Assembly (NCBI GenBank): GCA_965223905.1
Contig: CBDCXV010000009.1
Span: forward strand, 288,001-352,000
DNA from: Candidatus Latescibacterota bacterium
GTDB lineage: Bacteria > Latescibacterota > UBA2968 > UBA8231
Direction of reading: 5' to 3'
Length of the DNA: 64,000 nucleotides
Below the pieces are notes generated by a model that was not told the origin of the DNA, did not search any database, and saw only the letters and a program-made list of their open reading frames with translations. A program made the translations under genes and the position numbers. Numbering within the stretch: position 1 is the stretch's first letter; every line of letters starts with the position of its first letter. Positions 1-10,087 of this stretch are shown piece by piece.

Positions 1-1067
1 CAGTCGGCAGGTTCAGGCATCGAGTCCCAGATGAAAGTTGTCACCCCGGTGCGATTTCCTTCAGAGCCGGCGGTCATCCAGGCAATGTGCGCCCGAGCCT
101 CGCCGCTTGCGGTCAAGAGTGAATCCACGGCGATGGGAATCGCGGAGGGATCGAATCTCTTTTTGTCGGCGAGCTGGCGCAGGGATCTCCAGACCATTTC
201 ATCCTCGGAGAGCCCGATACCCAGCCAAGCCTCTCCCGGGCCCTGGTGATAGGGATGGAGGAAAAGCTCGTTCAGCGGTTCCTCCTGCAAGCGGCTGGCT
301 CGGTAAATGGTGTAGAATGCCTTCTCCGTCAGGTCGAAGCGGCAGTGTCCGCTCTCCCCCCCGTTGCCCGCAGATGCCACCATCGCCCGCCCCGGCGTCT
401 CTCGCAAAAGCTGCTCCAAACCTTCCTGATCGGTACCGGACCCGGTTACAATGCTGGCATTTACCACGACCGGACAGCCCTTGCGCTCCGCCACCCCGAA
501 TATGTAACGGACGACATCCAACAGCGAAAACTGCTGACTGAAAGCGGAGACCACGACAATTTCCGCTCCGGGAGCCATCCCCTGGTAGCGGGGATCGGCG
601 TTGCCGTTGCCGGCGGCGATGCCGGCGACGTAGGTCCCGTGACCGGCAACAACGCCGCCTGAGGTGTCGCGCGGCGGTCCGGGTCCCGCGCCGCGCAGCG
701 CCGCTTCGATCTCGTCGCGCGTCCACTCCCGGCCGTAGTCGAATCCAGCCGGCGGGGAGCCGAGCTCGGAATTCATGTCCCAGATAGCGAGGATGCGGCT
801 GCGCAGGCTGTCGGCAGGGTCGCGGAAGTCGGGGTGACGCCAGTCGATGCCGGAGTCGATGATGCCGACGATCACCCCCTTGCCGGTGGCCGTCACTCCG
901 GACAGCATTTCCAGCAGGGTGCCGGTGGCTTTCCCGTCCTCGGGGCCGGATACGGATTGGAAGGGCCGGCCGTTCAGGAATGGCGGGAAACCGGAGGATA
1001 TGGGGATCTCGGCCGCGGCGAGAGGGACCTGCATGAGCAGGAACAGGAGGAGCACCCGGCTTGCCAT
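1..1067 (-). CDS. S8 (subtilisin-like) serine peptidase, secreted; runs off left edge (absent from ORF track)
   Basis: Manual translation from ATG 1067 (GGAAGG RBS): MASRVLLLFLLMQVPLAAA signal, GKGVIVGIIDSGID (catalytic Asp), GHGTYVAGIAAGNG (His), ASAGNGG (oxyanion Asn); paralogous to 2447-4849. Confidence 0.85.
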   Translation of the reverse strand, partial: MASRVLLLFLLMQVPLAAAEIPISSGFPPFLNGRPFQSVSGPEDGKATGTLLEMLSGVTATGKGVIVGIIDSGIDWRHPDFRDPADSLRSRILAIWDMNSELGSPPAGFDYGREWTRDEIEAALRGAGPGPPRDTSGGVVAGHGTYVAGIAAGNGNADPRYQGMAPGAEIVVVSAFSQQFSLLDVVRYIFGVAERKGCPVVVNASIVTGSGTDQEGLEQLLRETPGRAMVASAGNGGESGHCRFDLTEKAFYTIYRASRLQEEPLNELFLHPYHQGPGEAWLGIGLSEDEMVWRSLRQLADKKRFDPSAIPIAVDSLLTASGEARAHIAWMTAGSEGNRTGVTTFIWDSMPEPAD

Positions 1068-1252
1068 CACCTTCCGGTTGCCCGCCGTCGCGGACCAGGA
1101 TGGCCCTCCGCCATCGCTCTGTTCGACAGCAACCTCATAGCTCTACAGAACTATGACGCCTCTCTGGTGAAAGGGTTCGGCTGACGGACCAGAGGAGCCG
1201 GCGCGAACGGTGCTGATCCTGGCATTTAGCCTCGCTGGCGGCTGCGGCCCCC

Positions 1253-1290
1253 AAAAAGAAGAGGCCGGTCGCGCAGATTGACCGGCCCCT
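1253..1290 (-). terminator. Intrinsic terminator downstream of the 1405-2409 ORF
   Basis: Inverted repeat ggccggtc...gaccggcc followed on the minus strand by TTCTTTTT. Confidence 0.55.
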
Positions 1291-1404
1291 CGTTGATGCC
1301 ATAGACACTATTCGCGAATCCGCCGACGGTTATTCATCGCCTGTAGCATCGAAGTTCCTTGGAAAGCCCGTCCCGGGCGCATACTCGCGGCACCGGGGAT
1401 TCCC

Positions 1405-2409
1405 TCAAGGGCACCCCCAGGCAACGAGGATCCGCTTCGAGCTCATGGAACTGCGGGGCTCCGCGAAGCCTGCTCCTCTGTCCGGGCATCCCGCCCCAAG
1501 GGGGTACGGCCTGTCAGGCGAATTGGGCAGCCCACCAAAGCGGACCATGAGGCCACCGTTTGCAAACAGGCCACCGAGTTTGAATTCCCGGGAAATCCCC
1601 GACCTCTGCCAAGACTTGTCGAGATGGCGGTAACGGATCTCGCCGAAGAGAAGGACATTTCGGTCCTCCCGATGGGAGAACAAGAGTGGGAAGTTGGCGC
1701 GCAGCCCGAGGGAGAGAGGAAAGGCGGTTCTGCCGTCGAGATCTCTGGAGCGCAACCCCCCCGAGGGATTGAGGCGGCGCAATTGGCCGCTCACGTGGGC
1801 AAAGCCGGCTCCGGCGACCAGTTCGAGACTCATGCCGGCCTGGGAGAAGAGGAGGTGATGGCCGGTCAGCTCCAGCGCCGTGACGGAGTGCCGGGCGCCG
1901 GGGGTGAGGTCGCCGGACGGGGATTCGACCTCGAAGGCGACCAGCGACAGACCGGCGCGGCGGCTGTCCGAGAGGCGGTGCACGAAGCCGAATTCACCCA
2001 GGCGGAAGTCGCCCAGCCTCCGCGCCCACCCCGCGCTCGACCGCAGATGGAGACTGCGCGTCCAGTGAAACCATGTCCGGTGTTGCAGACGGCGCAGGTG
2101 GTGAAGCAGGATGCCTTCGGAGGGGCTTCGAGGCGGATAGCGAAGGGAGTGCGGCGTCGGGATCACGTCGGCCGGCAGGATCGACGGCCCTCCTTTCCCC
2201 GGAGCAGGGGTCTCACCTGTCTGGCACTCGACCGCATCCAGTACAGCACTACCCTTCTTCAGGAAGGGGACATCAAGCTTTTCGAAGAGGGTGCCGGCAG
2301 CTTCGAGTTGGGCAACTGCGAGCAACAGGGTGATGAAGAAGACCTGGGTCATGGCAACCCTCCTGCTTTTCCGGCAGTCTGTGGCCGGCGTATGAATTTG
2401 CATTCGCAA
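1405..2409 (-). CDS. Hypothetical exported protein, possibly outer-membrane beta-barrel (start probably MTQVFF at ~2352)
   Basis: Signal-like MTQVFFITLLLAVAQLEA; amphipathic beta-strand pattern (LELVAGAGFAHV, LFGEIRYRH, GGLMVRF); co-oriented between the two subtilases. Confidence 0.45.
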   Translation of the reverse strand: MRMQIHTPATDCRKSRRVAMTQVFFITLLLAVAQLEAAGTLFEKLDVPFLKKGSAVLDAVECQTGETPAPGKGGPSILPADVIPTPHSLRYPPRSPSEGILLHHLRRLQHRTWFHWTRSLHLRSSAGWARRLGDFRLGEFGFVHRLSDSRRAGLSLVAFEVESPSGDLTPGARHSVTALELTGHHLLFSQAGMSLELVAGAGFAHVSGQLRRLNPSGGLRSRDLDGRTAFPLSLGLRANFPLLFSHREDRNVLLFGEIRYRHLDKSWQRSGISREFKLGGLFANGGLMVRFGGLPNSPDRPYPLGAGCPDRGAGFAEPRSSMSSKRILVAWGCP

Positions 2410-2446
2410 TTGAAGTTACGTTTCCAACCGATCTGAACCCAAAACT

Positions 2447-4849
2447 TTACTTCGCCAAGGTCATTCGCCGCGCCGTTCGGGCATCCCCTGACTGCAGGGC
2501 GAGGAGGTAGGTCCCCGAGCCGAGACCGGTTTCGCGGTAGCGGAAAGTGTGTTGTCCGGCGGGCAGAAAATGCCGATCGAGGAGAAGGCCGACCCGCTGG
2601 CCGAGCAGGTTGTATACCGCCAGGGTCACCTCGCCGCCGGCAGGCAGGGCGAAGCTGAGGGTGGTGCCGGCGTTGAACGGGTTGGGGAAGTTCGGGTGCA
2701 GCTGAAACGCCTCGGGACGGGGGGCCGATGCATCCGCTACCGAAACGAGGGTGCGTTGCCCGGTGAGGGCGGCGATGATGTCGAGCTTGCCGTGGCCCCA
2801 ATGGCGATTCGGCAGCTCGCCGAAGGTGCTGGTGAACCGGTCCCGCCGGGCGCTGGCGAACAGGGCTTCCCGGATCTCCCGGCTGGTGGCGGTGGGATGC
2901 TTCTCGAGGTACAGGGCGACGGCGCCGGCGACCACCGGGGCGGACAGGCTGGTGCCGGCGCCTATGGCGCGTCCGTCGATCCCGACGTGCGAGGTGGAGT
3001 AGGTGATTCCGGGCGCCGCGAGGTCCGGTTTGATCCGTTCGTCGATGGTCGGCCCCCTGCTCGAGAAAGGCAGCAGGTCGCCTAGCTCCAGGCCGATTGA
3101 AGGGACCTCCATGTTGGCGTAGGCGCCCACCGCGATCACCTCCTCGGATGTTCCAGGGGAGATGACCATGTAGTAATTATCGGCCGGGCGATACCCGGTT
3201 TCAGCGTCCAGATCTCGCCTGATTACGCCTTCTCCCAGCCAACTCCAGACGTGGATGGTGCCCCGGCCCCTGGCCATGAGGCGCCACAACACGGAGCTGT
3301 TGTCGCTCGCCCAGGAAAGCTTCTCTGCTTCGAGCAGGAACCGGAAACCGCCCCCGCTTGCCTCTAGAGGGGAGGCCGCCAGGCTCACGGTGCCCAGGGT
3401 GTCCCCACTCGCCGAGATCAGGGCGTCGCTGACGGCGAATTCCGTATCAATATCCATATCAAAGAGATCCGTAACGAAATCCCAATCACCGAGATCCGTG
3501 ACCAAGTCCGACAGGCTGTACCAGGAAGTGCCGGCCAGCTGCGCACGATCTATCGGCTCTCCTTCCCCCCGCTCCGTGTCCAGGGCCAGGGCAAGAGAAC
3601 TTTCTTCCACCTTGGGCCCGAGGACGATGCCCTCGAGTATCAGGCGATCGTCCCAGTTCAGCGCAAGGAAAAAAGAGTCGACGAGAGAAGAGTCGACGGA
3701 AACCGGTTTATAGAAGGTCCATAGCGAATCCCGTTGCAGGGGAAATCCACCCCAATGGCCGAGGAATTCTCCCCCGTTACCTGCGGCTGCGATATAGGCG
3801 CGGCCGGGGTCCGCACGGATCAGCTTCTCCAAGCCCTCTTCCTCCAAAGTGGGAAAGAGGCTCAGGGAGCCCGACCAGGAACTCTGGTTTACGACCGCCG
3901 GCATTCCCTTTTCCGCCGCCTTCCCGTAGATGTAGTCGGCTGCCTCAAGGTAGGAAGCTCCCCTGAGGCCATGGACCATGACGATGTCCGCCTCCGGGGC
4001 CATTCCGGCGTGACTTCCCGTTGCCGCTCCATTGCCTGCGGCGGTCCCGGCCACGTGGGTGCCGTGGCCGGATTCATCTCCCGCAGGCTGATCCGAACCG
4101 CCTTTCAGGGCGGCTTCGATCTGGTCCCGCGTCCACTCGGTGTCACTGATTCTCCCTGAGAGCAGCTCGTCCCGGTCAACAGGAACCCGGATGAACAGAA
4201 TCCGGCTTTTGCCGGGATCATCGGGACCGCGGAAATCGAGATGACGGAAGTTGATCCCAGTGTCAAAGAAACCGATCACCACCCCCTTGCCGGTGTAAGG
4301 GCGGCTGAGGGGAGGGGCGCCCTGGTGCAAGGCGGCCGCGTCCGGCAGCTCGGGAGGGAGCTCGTCCGTAGAGAAGGAACCGCCGCTGGACTGAGGGAAG
4401 CGAAGGGTACCGGGTCGTGGCTGGGGTTTGAAGCGGACGGGATGAGGGAAGGATCGCCCGGCCAACTCTATGCGGGACACCCCGTCCTTCCGGGCAAGCC
4501 GAACCAAGCCTTCCGGAGGAATCAGGGCGGTGGCGATGTCGTCGATGACCGTGCGCACGCTGCCCCCGCATGCGGCGACCGCGGCTTGGAGCCGGTTGGG
4601 ATCCGCCCGCAACACCACGTGAATCGGGGGTCGCGCAACAGGCTTGGCCGCTTCCCCGGAAGTGGCTTCCAGGGCTCGGTGCAGGGCGAGCTTCAGGCGG
4701 GGGCCCAGAACGGCGGCGTCACTGCCTGCTGCGAGCGTCGCCTCCGCCAGCAAGGCGCCGATCAGCAAGGCCCCTGTTCTACTGCACCTCGACGATGAGG
4801 GGAATGGCCCCATGCGAGCCACCAGAAATTTCCCCGGATTCTCTCTCAA
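2447..4849 (-). CDS. S8 serine peptidase with C-terminal T9SS/FlgD-like sorting domain
   Basis: Triad motifs FFDTGI, GHGTHVAG, GTSLSAP; FSSRGP and KPDLAAPG; C-terminal NFPNPFNAGTTLSF...VYNLLGQ...SGTYL. Confidence 0.9.
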   Translation of the reverse strand: MRENPGKFLVARMGPFPSSSRCSRTGALLIGALLAEATLAAGSDAAVLGPRLKLALHRALEATSGEAAKPVARPPIHVVLRADPNRLQAAVAACGGSVRTVIDDIATALIPPEGLVRLARKDGVSRIELAGRSFPHPVRFKPQPRPGTLRFPQSSGGSFSTDELPPELPDAAALHQGAPPLSRPYTGKGVVIGFFDTGINFRHLDFRGPDDPGKSRILFIRVPVDRDELLSGRISDTEWTRDQIEAALKGGSDQPAGDESGHGTHVAGTAAGNGAATGSHAGMAPEADIVMVHGLRGASYLEAADYIYGKAAEKGMPAVVNQSSWSGSLSLFPTLEEEGLEKLIRADPGRAYIAAAGNGGEFLGHWGGFPLQRDSLWTFYKPVSVDSSLVDSFFLALNWDDRLILEGIVLGPKVEESSLALALDTERGEGEPIDRAQLAGTSWYSLSDLVTDLGDWDFVTDLFDMDIDTEFAVSDALISASGDTLGTVSLAASPLEASGGGFRFLLEAEKLSWASDNSSVLWRLMARGRGTIHVWSWLGEGVIRRDLDAETGYRPADNYYMVISPGTSEEVIAVGAYANMEVPSIGLELGDLLPFSSRGPTIDERIKPDLAAPGITYSTSHVGIDGRAIGAGTSLSAPVVAGAVALYLEKHPTATSREIREALFASARRDRFTSTFGELPNRHWGHGKLDIIAALTGQRTLVSVADASAPRPEAFQLHPNFPNPFNAGTTLSFALPAGGEVTLAVYNLLGQRVGLLLDRHFLPAGQHTFRYRETGLGSGTYLLALQSGDARTARRMTLAK

Positions 4850-5114
4850 GTTTCTTTGGTTAGTACTTTAGTACCTGGAGTTTTATACTCGCTTCATCGA
4901 TACAGCGCAACTTCCACCGTCACTTTTGGAGAAAGGAATCTGTTTCCAGGGATGCTGCCTTGATGCCGCCCCAGGATGCAAGAGGGAGGGCATTGGCCAA
5001 AAGAATGGATAGCACCAATGTAAAAATTGGGTGTCGACAGGCCATGAATGCTTTTCAACTAAAATCAGGTTCCCGTTCGACCGGCAAAAAGCAGTCCTGT
5101 CTAACAATCTCCTC

Positions 5115-6119
5115 CTAACCTCCGGGCCGTACCGCGGAACCGCCCTCCATCGACGCGAACACCGCGTCGATCACCCGCATCTGCCCCAGGCTGTTCTGCG
5201 GCGGGATGCGGTAGGCGCCGCCCCGCTCCAGGCAGTCGCGCAGGTGCTGCAGTTGCAGGGCGAACTGGAAGACCGGGGCGAAGTCGAAGCGGGCGGAGCC
5301 GCCTGCGAACTCGGCGTCGATGGCGGTCGGCTGGTTCTCGTTGTTCCAGGCCTTGTCGGCGCGGAGCCGCCCCCCGGTCCCGTGGACCTCGACGTACTGC
5401 GTGGCGAAAAAGGTGAATCCGACGGCGATCTCCGCGGTTCCGCCGCCTGGAAACTCGAGCAGAATGGTGGTCTTCTCGTCGATCCCGGTGGGGCCGCGGC
5501 GGCAGACGGCGAACACGGTTTGCGGTTCGGCTCCGTAGATGAAGCGGGCGTGGTGGATGCAGTAGCAGGCGAGGTCGTAGACGGCGCCGCCGCCGCGCTC
5601 GGGATCCCAGCGCCAGTTGAGCTCCTTGCGAATCTGTTCGGCCGGGACGTTGGTGGCGAAGGTGCTTCGGACCGAGCGCACCTCGCCGACGGCGCCGGCG
5701 TCGACGAGCTCCTTGAGCTTCAGGTGCATCGGGTGGTGGCGGAACTTGAAGGCTTCGGCCAGGAGCACGCCGTGGGCCGCGGCGGCCTCGACCATGCGGG
5801 CGCACTCGGCCGCGGTGGAGGAGATCGGCTTCTCGACGAGGATGGCCCGCACCTTTCCCGACTCGGCCGCCCGGACGGCGACCTCGGCGTGGCTGTTGCC
5901 CCAGGTGCAGACCGACAGGGTGTCGAGGTCCTCCTGCTCGAGCATCTCCCCGAGATCGGTGTAGCGGCCGGCGACCTCGAACTGGTCCCCGAAGCGCTGC
6001 AGGGCCGCTTCGGAGACGTCGCACAGGGCGACGAGGTCGACCCCGCTCACCTGGCCCGCGGCGCGGGCGTGGGCGCCGGCGATGCCTCCCGCGCCGATGA
6101 TCCCCATTCTTAAGGCCAT
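5115..6119 (-). CDS. Gfo/Idh/MocA family oxidoreductase
   Basis: MGIIGAGGIA Rossmann start, VEKP motif, GGGAVYDLACY; start re-assigned to ATG 6119. Confidence 0.9.
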   Translation of the reverse strand: MALRMGIIGAGGIAGAHARAAGQVSGVDLVALCDVSEAALQRFGDQFEVAGRYTDLGEMLEQEDLDTLSVCTWGNSHAEVAVRAAESGKVRAILVEKPISSTAAECARMVEAAAAHGVLLAEAFKFRHHPMHLKLKELVDAGAVGEVRSVRSTFATNVPAEQIRKELNWRWDPERGGGAVYDLACYCIHHARFIYGAEPQTVFAVCRRGPTGIDEKTTILLEFPGGGTAEIAVGFTFFATQYVEVHGTGGRLRADKAWNNENQPTAIDAEFAGGSARFDFAPVFQFALQLQHLRDCLERGGAYRIPPQNSLGQMRVIDAVFASMEGGSAVRPGG

Positions 6120-6211
6120 CGCACCCACCTCCTTCAGTTTCCGGCGGCAATGTACGACAAGGGCCGGCGGGGCTGAATTCCCCGGGCATCCCGTCCGACC
6201 CGATCGGCGCG

Positions 6212-6294
6212 ATCCGGCCGTCGAGAAGGATCCAGGACGGAATGCCGGTTTCCTTCGAACCTGATCGGGGCGCATCCGGCCGTCGAGAAGGATC
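6212..6294. repeat. Two direct copies of atccggccgtcgagaaggatc in the divergent intergenic region
   Basis: 21-bp sequence at ~6212 and ~6274. Confidence 0.6.
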
Positions 6295-6513
6295 GACCAG
6301 CGGCAGCCTGCGGGACATCCGGAGACAGGACGCTGTTTGTTGGCACCCCCAACGGGCGATTCTATATTGCCTGCCCGCTGACGAAGAGCCTGTCCAGGTT
6401 CCCATTCGATTAGCGGCCGGCCGCGGCCACCGCGATCAGGTCTCGCCTCGAAGCGGATACCTCGGACAGGCACCGGCATTTCGACAACTCTTGCGACAAG
6501 GGAGCTCAACGAC

Positions 6514-7536
6514 ATGGCACCGGCGATTACAACCCGGAAGGTCGGCTCGACGGAGGTCGCCGTCTCCGAGTTCGGGCTCGGCACCGCTCCTCTCGGGGAC
6601 CTGTTCACGCCCCTGACCGAAGAGGAGGCGCAGGCGGTCCTGCAGGCGGCCTGGGACCGCGGCGTGCGCTACTACGACACCGCCCCGTTCTACGGCCACA
6701 CCAAGAGCGAGCACCGGGTGGGCTGGTTCCTGCGCCAGCAGGAGCGCGGCGACTTCGTCCTCTCCACCAAGGTCGGCCGCATCTTCAAGGCGGTTCCGCC
6801 GGAGCGCTTCCGCCCGGAGTTCTGGAGCGCGCCGCTGCCGTTCGACCTCCACTTCGACTACAGCTACGACGGCATCATGCGCTCCTGGGAGGACAGCCTG
6901 CAGCGGATGGGCCTCGAGCGCGTAGACATGCTGCTTATCCACGATCTCGACATCTGGTTCAACCAGACCGAGCAGCGCGTCCACTACTGGCTGGGCCAGC
7001 TCTACACCAGCGGCTGGCGCGCCCTCGCCGAGCTCAAGGCGAGCGGCCGCATCGGGGCGATCGGCGCCGGCATCAACGAGAACGGCATGATCCGGCGGTT
7101 TCTCGAAACCGTCCCCCTCGACTTCTTCATCGTGGCGCTGCCGTACACCCTGCTCGACCAGGAGGTGCTCGACGAGGAGTTCCCGCTCTGCGAAAAGCAC
7201 GGCGCCGGAGTCGTCATCGGCGCCCCGTTCGCCTCGGGCATCCTCGCGACCGGGCCGGTCGAGGGGGCCAGCTACAAGTACGCCCCGGCTACCCCGGAGA
7301 TCCTCGACAAGACCCGTGCCATCGAGTCGGTCTGCGACTCCCACGGCGTGCCGCTGCGCGCCGCCGCCCTGCAGTTCCCCCTGGCCAATCCACTCGTCGC
7401 CGCGATCATTCCCGGGGCGATCCGCCCGGAGCACGTGACCTCCAACGTCGCCGACTACCGCCGCGACATACCCGCGGAGATGTGGGCGGAGCTGAAGTCC
7501 TCCGGTCTCATCCGCGAAGATGCCCCCACTCCCTGA
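6514..7536 (+). CDS. Aldo/keto reductase (D-threo-aldose dehydrogenase-like)
   Basis: GLGTAPLG, YYDTAPFYG, LSTKVGR, LLIHD motifs. Confidence 0.9.
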   Translation: MAPAITTRKVGSTEVAVSEFGLGTAPLGDLFTPLTEEEAQAVLQAAWDRGVRYYDTAPFYGHTKSEHRVGWFLRQQERGDFVLSTKVGRIFKAVPPERFRPEFWSAPLPFDLHFDYSYDGIMRSWEDSLQRMGLERVDMLLIHDLDIWFNQTEQRVHYWLGQLYTSGWRALAELKASGRIGAIGAGINENGMIRRFLETVPLDFFIVALPYTLLDQEVLDEEFPLCEKHGAGVVIGAPFASGILATGPVEGASYKYAPATPEILDKTRAIESVCDSHGVPLRAAALQFPLANPLVAAIIPGAIRPEHVTSNVADYRRDIPAEMWAELKSSGLIREDAPTP

Positions 7537-8311
7537 AGCGCCCGCGGCCGCGGGGACGCCGCAGCTGCGGCAACAGCTCGAGTTCTACGGGACCAACGGC
7601 TACCTCGTCGTCCCCGGAGCCCTGGACAGGGAGGAGGTCGCCGCCCTCAACGCGGCCGTCGACGCCGATCTCGAGGCCAACCCCACCCTGTGGCAGAACC
7701 GCGGCAACGCCCGCCTCACCGTGCACGCGCTGATGGCGCACCCGGTCATGGACGGCACCATGAGGCCGGCCCGCCTGCTGCCCCTGCTCGAGGCGATCAT
7801 GGGGGCGGAGCTGTGCGCCGAGGAGCACTCCGTCCGCATCCGCGTCCCCAACCCGGACGGCGAGCCGAACTGCCACTGGCACCGGGACGGGCAGCGCCCC
7901 GACGCCGGCGTCCCCTTCCGGACCCGCTACCTGTCGGTGGTCTTCTATCTGTCCGATGTCGACGCCACGACCCACACCTTCAGCGTCATCCCCGGGTCGG
8001 GGCAGGGGGAGGAGCTGCCGCCGGTGGAGGCGTACGACCTCGGGGCCGCCCATCACATCGAGGGACCCGCCGGCACCGCGGTGCTATTCAACACCGCGAC
8101 CATCCACGCCGGCAACGTGCGCCGCACCGACCGCGAGCGCCGCACCATCCACATCTACTGCGGGCGCTCCAGCGACCGCCACCTCAGCAACTACACCATC
8201 TTTCCAGGGCGGCTGCTGTACGCGGAGGAGGAATCGTTGCGGCGCTACTACGGCCGCCCGAACGCGATCACCCGCCTGGTGCAGGACCATTTCGGAGGAG
8301 GGAAGGCATGA
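7520..8311 (+). CDS. Phytanoyl-CoA dioxygenase (PhyH) family protein
   Basis: NGYLVVPG, WHRD (HxD), distal IHAG, R..R motif. Confidence 0.8.
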   Translation: MPPLPEAPAAAGTPQLRQQLEFYGTNGYLVVPGALDREEVAALNAAVDADLEANPTLWQNRGNARLTVHALMAHPVMDGTMRPARLLPLLEAIMGAELCAEEHSVRIRVPNPDGEPNCHWHRDGQRPDAGVPFRTRYLSVVFYLSDVDATTHTFSVIPGSGQGEELPPVEAYDLGAAHHIEGPAGTAVLFNTATIHAGNVRRTDRERRTIHIYCGRSSDRHLSNYTIFPGRLLYAEEESLRRYYGRPNAITRLVQDHFGGGKA

Positions 8312-9087
8312 GACTGGAGAACCGGATTGCCATCGTCACCGGTGCCGCCGGCGGCATCGGGGCCGCGAGCGTGCGGCGCTTCGCGCAGGAAGGGGCGAAG
8401 GTGACCGCCGTAGACATCGACGGCGAGCGGCTCGAAAAGACGGTTGCCGAGGTGAACGCCGAGGTCCCCGGCTCGACCACGGCGCGCGCCGCCGACGTCG
8501 GCAAGGCGGCCGACGTCGAGGCCCTGGTCGCTTCGACGGTGGCGCAGCGCGGCCGCCTCGACGTCGTCTTCAGCAACGCCGGAATCATGAGGGACGGCTC
8601 GGTCGTCGACCTGCCGGAAAGCGATTGGGACCGGATGTTCTCCGTCAACGTCAAGGGCACCTTCCTGCTCGGCAAGTACGGCGTGCCCGCGATGCGGGAG
8701 GGCGGGGGCGGCGCCTTCGTGATCACCGCATCGGCCAACAGCTTCTACGCCGAGTCGGACATCGCCGGGTACTGCGCCACCAAGGGGGCGGTCATCCAGC
8801 TGACCCGCGCCATGGCGATCGACCACGGCCCCGAGAACATCCGCGTCAACTGCATCTGTCCCGGCTGGATCGAGACGCCGATGTCGCAGCCCTTCCTCGA
8901 CGAGAACCCGGAGGGCCGCAAGTTCGCCGGCAAAATCGCTCCCCTCGGCCGCATCGGGCAGCCGGAAGAGGTCGCCGAGGTCGCGGTATTCCTCGCCAGC
9001 GACGAGGCGCGCTTCGTCACCGCTTCCGCCTTCAACTGCGACGGCGGCTGGACCGCGGGGATGACCAAGGCGCTTGCCCTCATATAG
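8308..9087 (+). CDS. Short-chain dehydrogenase/reductase
   Basis: ATGA-coupled start; TGAAGGIG, NAG, YCATK (YxxxK), IRVNCICPG. Confidence 0.92.
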   Translation: MRLENRIAIVTGAAGGIGAASVRRFAQEGAKVTAVDIDGERLEKTVAEVNAEVPGSTTARAADVGKAADVEALVASTVAQRGRLDVVFSNAGIMRDGSVVDLPESDWDRMFSVNVKGTFLLGKYGVPAMREGGGGAFVITASANSFYAESDIAGYCATKGAVIQLTRAMAIDHGPENIRVNCICPGWIETPMSQPFLDENPEGRKFAGKIAPLGRIGQPEEVAEVAVFLASDEARFVTASAFNCDGGWTAGMTKALALI

Positions 9088-9291
9088 TGTCCTGTCCCAT
9101 CCAACCCTTGCCCTTCTACCGCGGATCCGTCCCGGGGATTTCCCCGGCTCGCCGCAGGCCCCCGCTGCGACTCGCTCAGGCGCCATGCGGGCCGGGGCCT
9201 CGGCCGCGGAATCCGGAATCCCTGTCCGTGACAGGGCAGTAGTGCCGGAGGCGTCGCCATCCGTTTCTTCAGACCGAACCTGCCGCAGCTG

Positions 9292-9873
9292 GTGATGGAG
9301 CGGCCTTCGTTCGCCGGACTGCCGCCGGCCGAGGTCCCGGAAGGGTACTCGCTGCGGCACTTCCGCCCCGGCGACGAGGAGGGCTGGAACCGCCTGATGG
9401 ACGCCGCCTTCGAGCGTCCCCCCGGCACCACCGATTTCGCCGAGTCGATGGCCGCCGATCCGATATACCTGCCGGAGCGCGTCAAGCTGGTGGTAAGCGC
9501 CGAGGGGCAGATCGCCGCCACCGCCTCGGCCTGGACTCACCCGCCTGTGGGCTCCCACCGGGGGATGCTGCACTGGGTCGGCACCGATCCCGGTCACGCG
9601 GGAAAGAAGCTGGGGACCGCGGTCTCCATCGCCGCCATGGAGCACTCGCGGGACGAGGGCCGCGCGGCCATGGCCCTGCTGACCGACGATTTCCGCACCG
9701 CGGCCCAGAAGACCTACCTGCGGCTGGGGTTCGAGCCCCGCTGCACCCACGAGAGCCACCCCGAACGCTGGAGGCGGATTCTGGCGGGGCTCTCGTGGCC
9801 GGAGAACTTCGAACAAATACTTCAAGGGCCGCTGGTGCGGCTCGACGACGAAGGGCAGGCAGGAGAAGGATGA
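9292..9873 (+). CDS. GNAT family N-acetyltransferase
   Basis: VGTDPGHAGKKLG acetyl-CoA motif; AQKTYLRLGF. Confidence 0.8.
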   Translation: MMERPSFAGLPPAEVPEGYSLRHFRPGDEEGWNRLMDAAFERPPGTTDFAESMAADPIYLPERVKLVVSAEGQIAATASAWTHPPVGSHRGMLHWVGTDPGHAGKKLGTAVSIAAMEHSRDEGRAAMALLTDDFRTAAQKTYLRLGFEPRCTHESHPERWRRILAGLSWPENFEQILQGPLVRLDDEGQAGEG

Positions 9874-10087
9874 GACGCGGATCCCGGATGGAGCCGGCGC
9901 GAAGGCGTTCGACATGACCCCACAACAAACCGCCCCTGGCAAAGGAGTGTCCTGTCCCGTCAATATCCCGGCCTTCGCTCGCCGTACGCCGTCACGAGGC
10001 GCTCAGTCGCCTGGCGAGCCGGGTGACTCGGCGGCAGGATTTTTTCAATCTGTTTCCCGGACAGGACGCTGAAAGGAGAAAAGCGAA

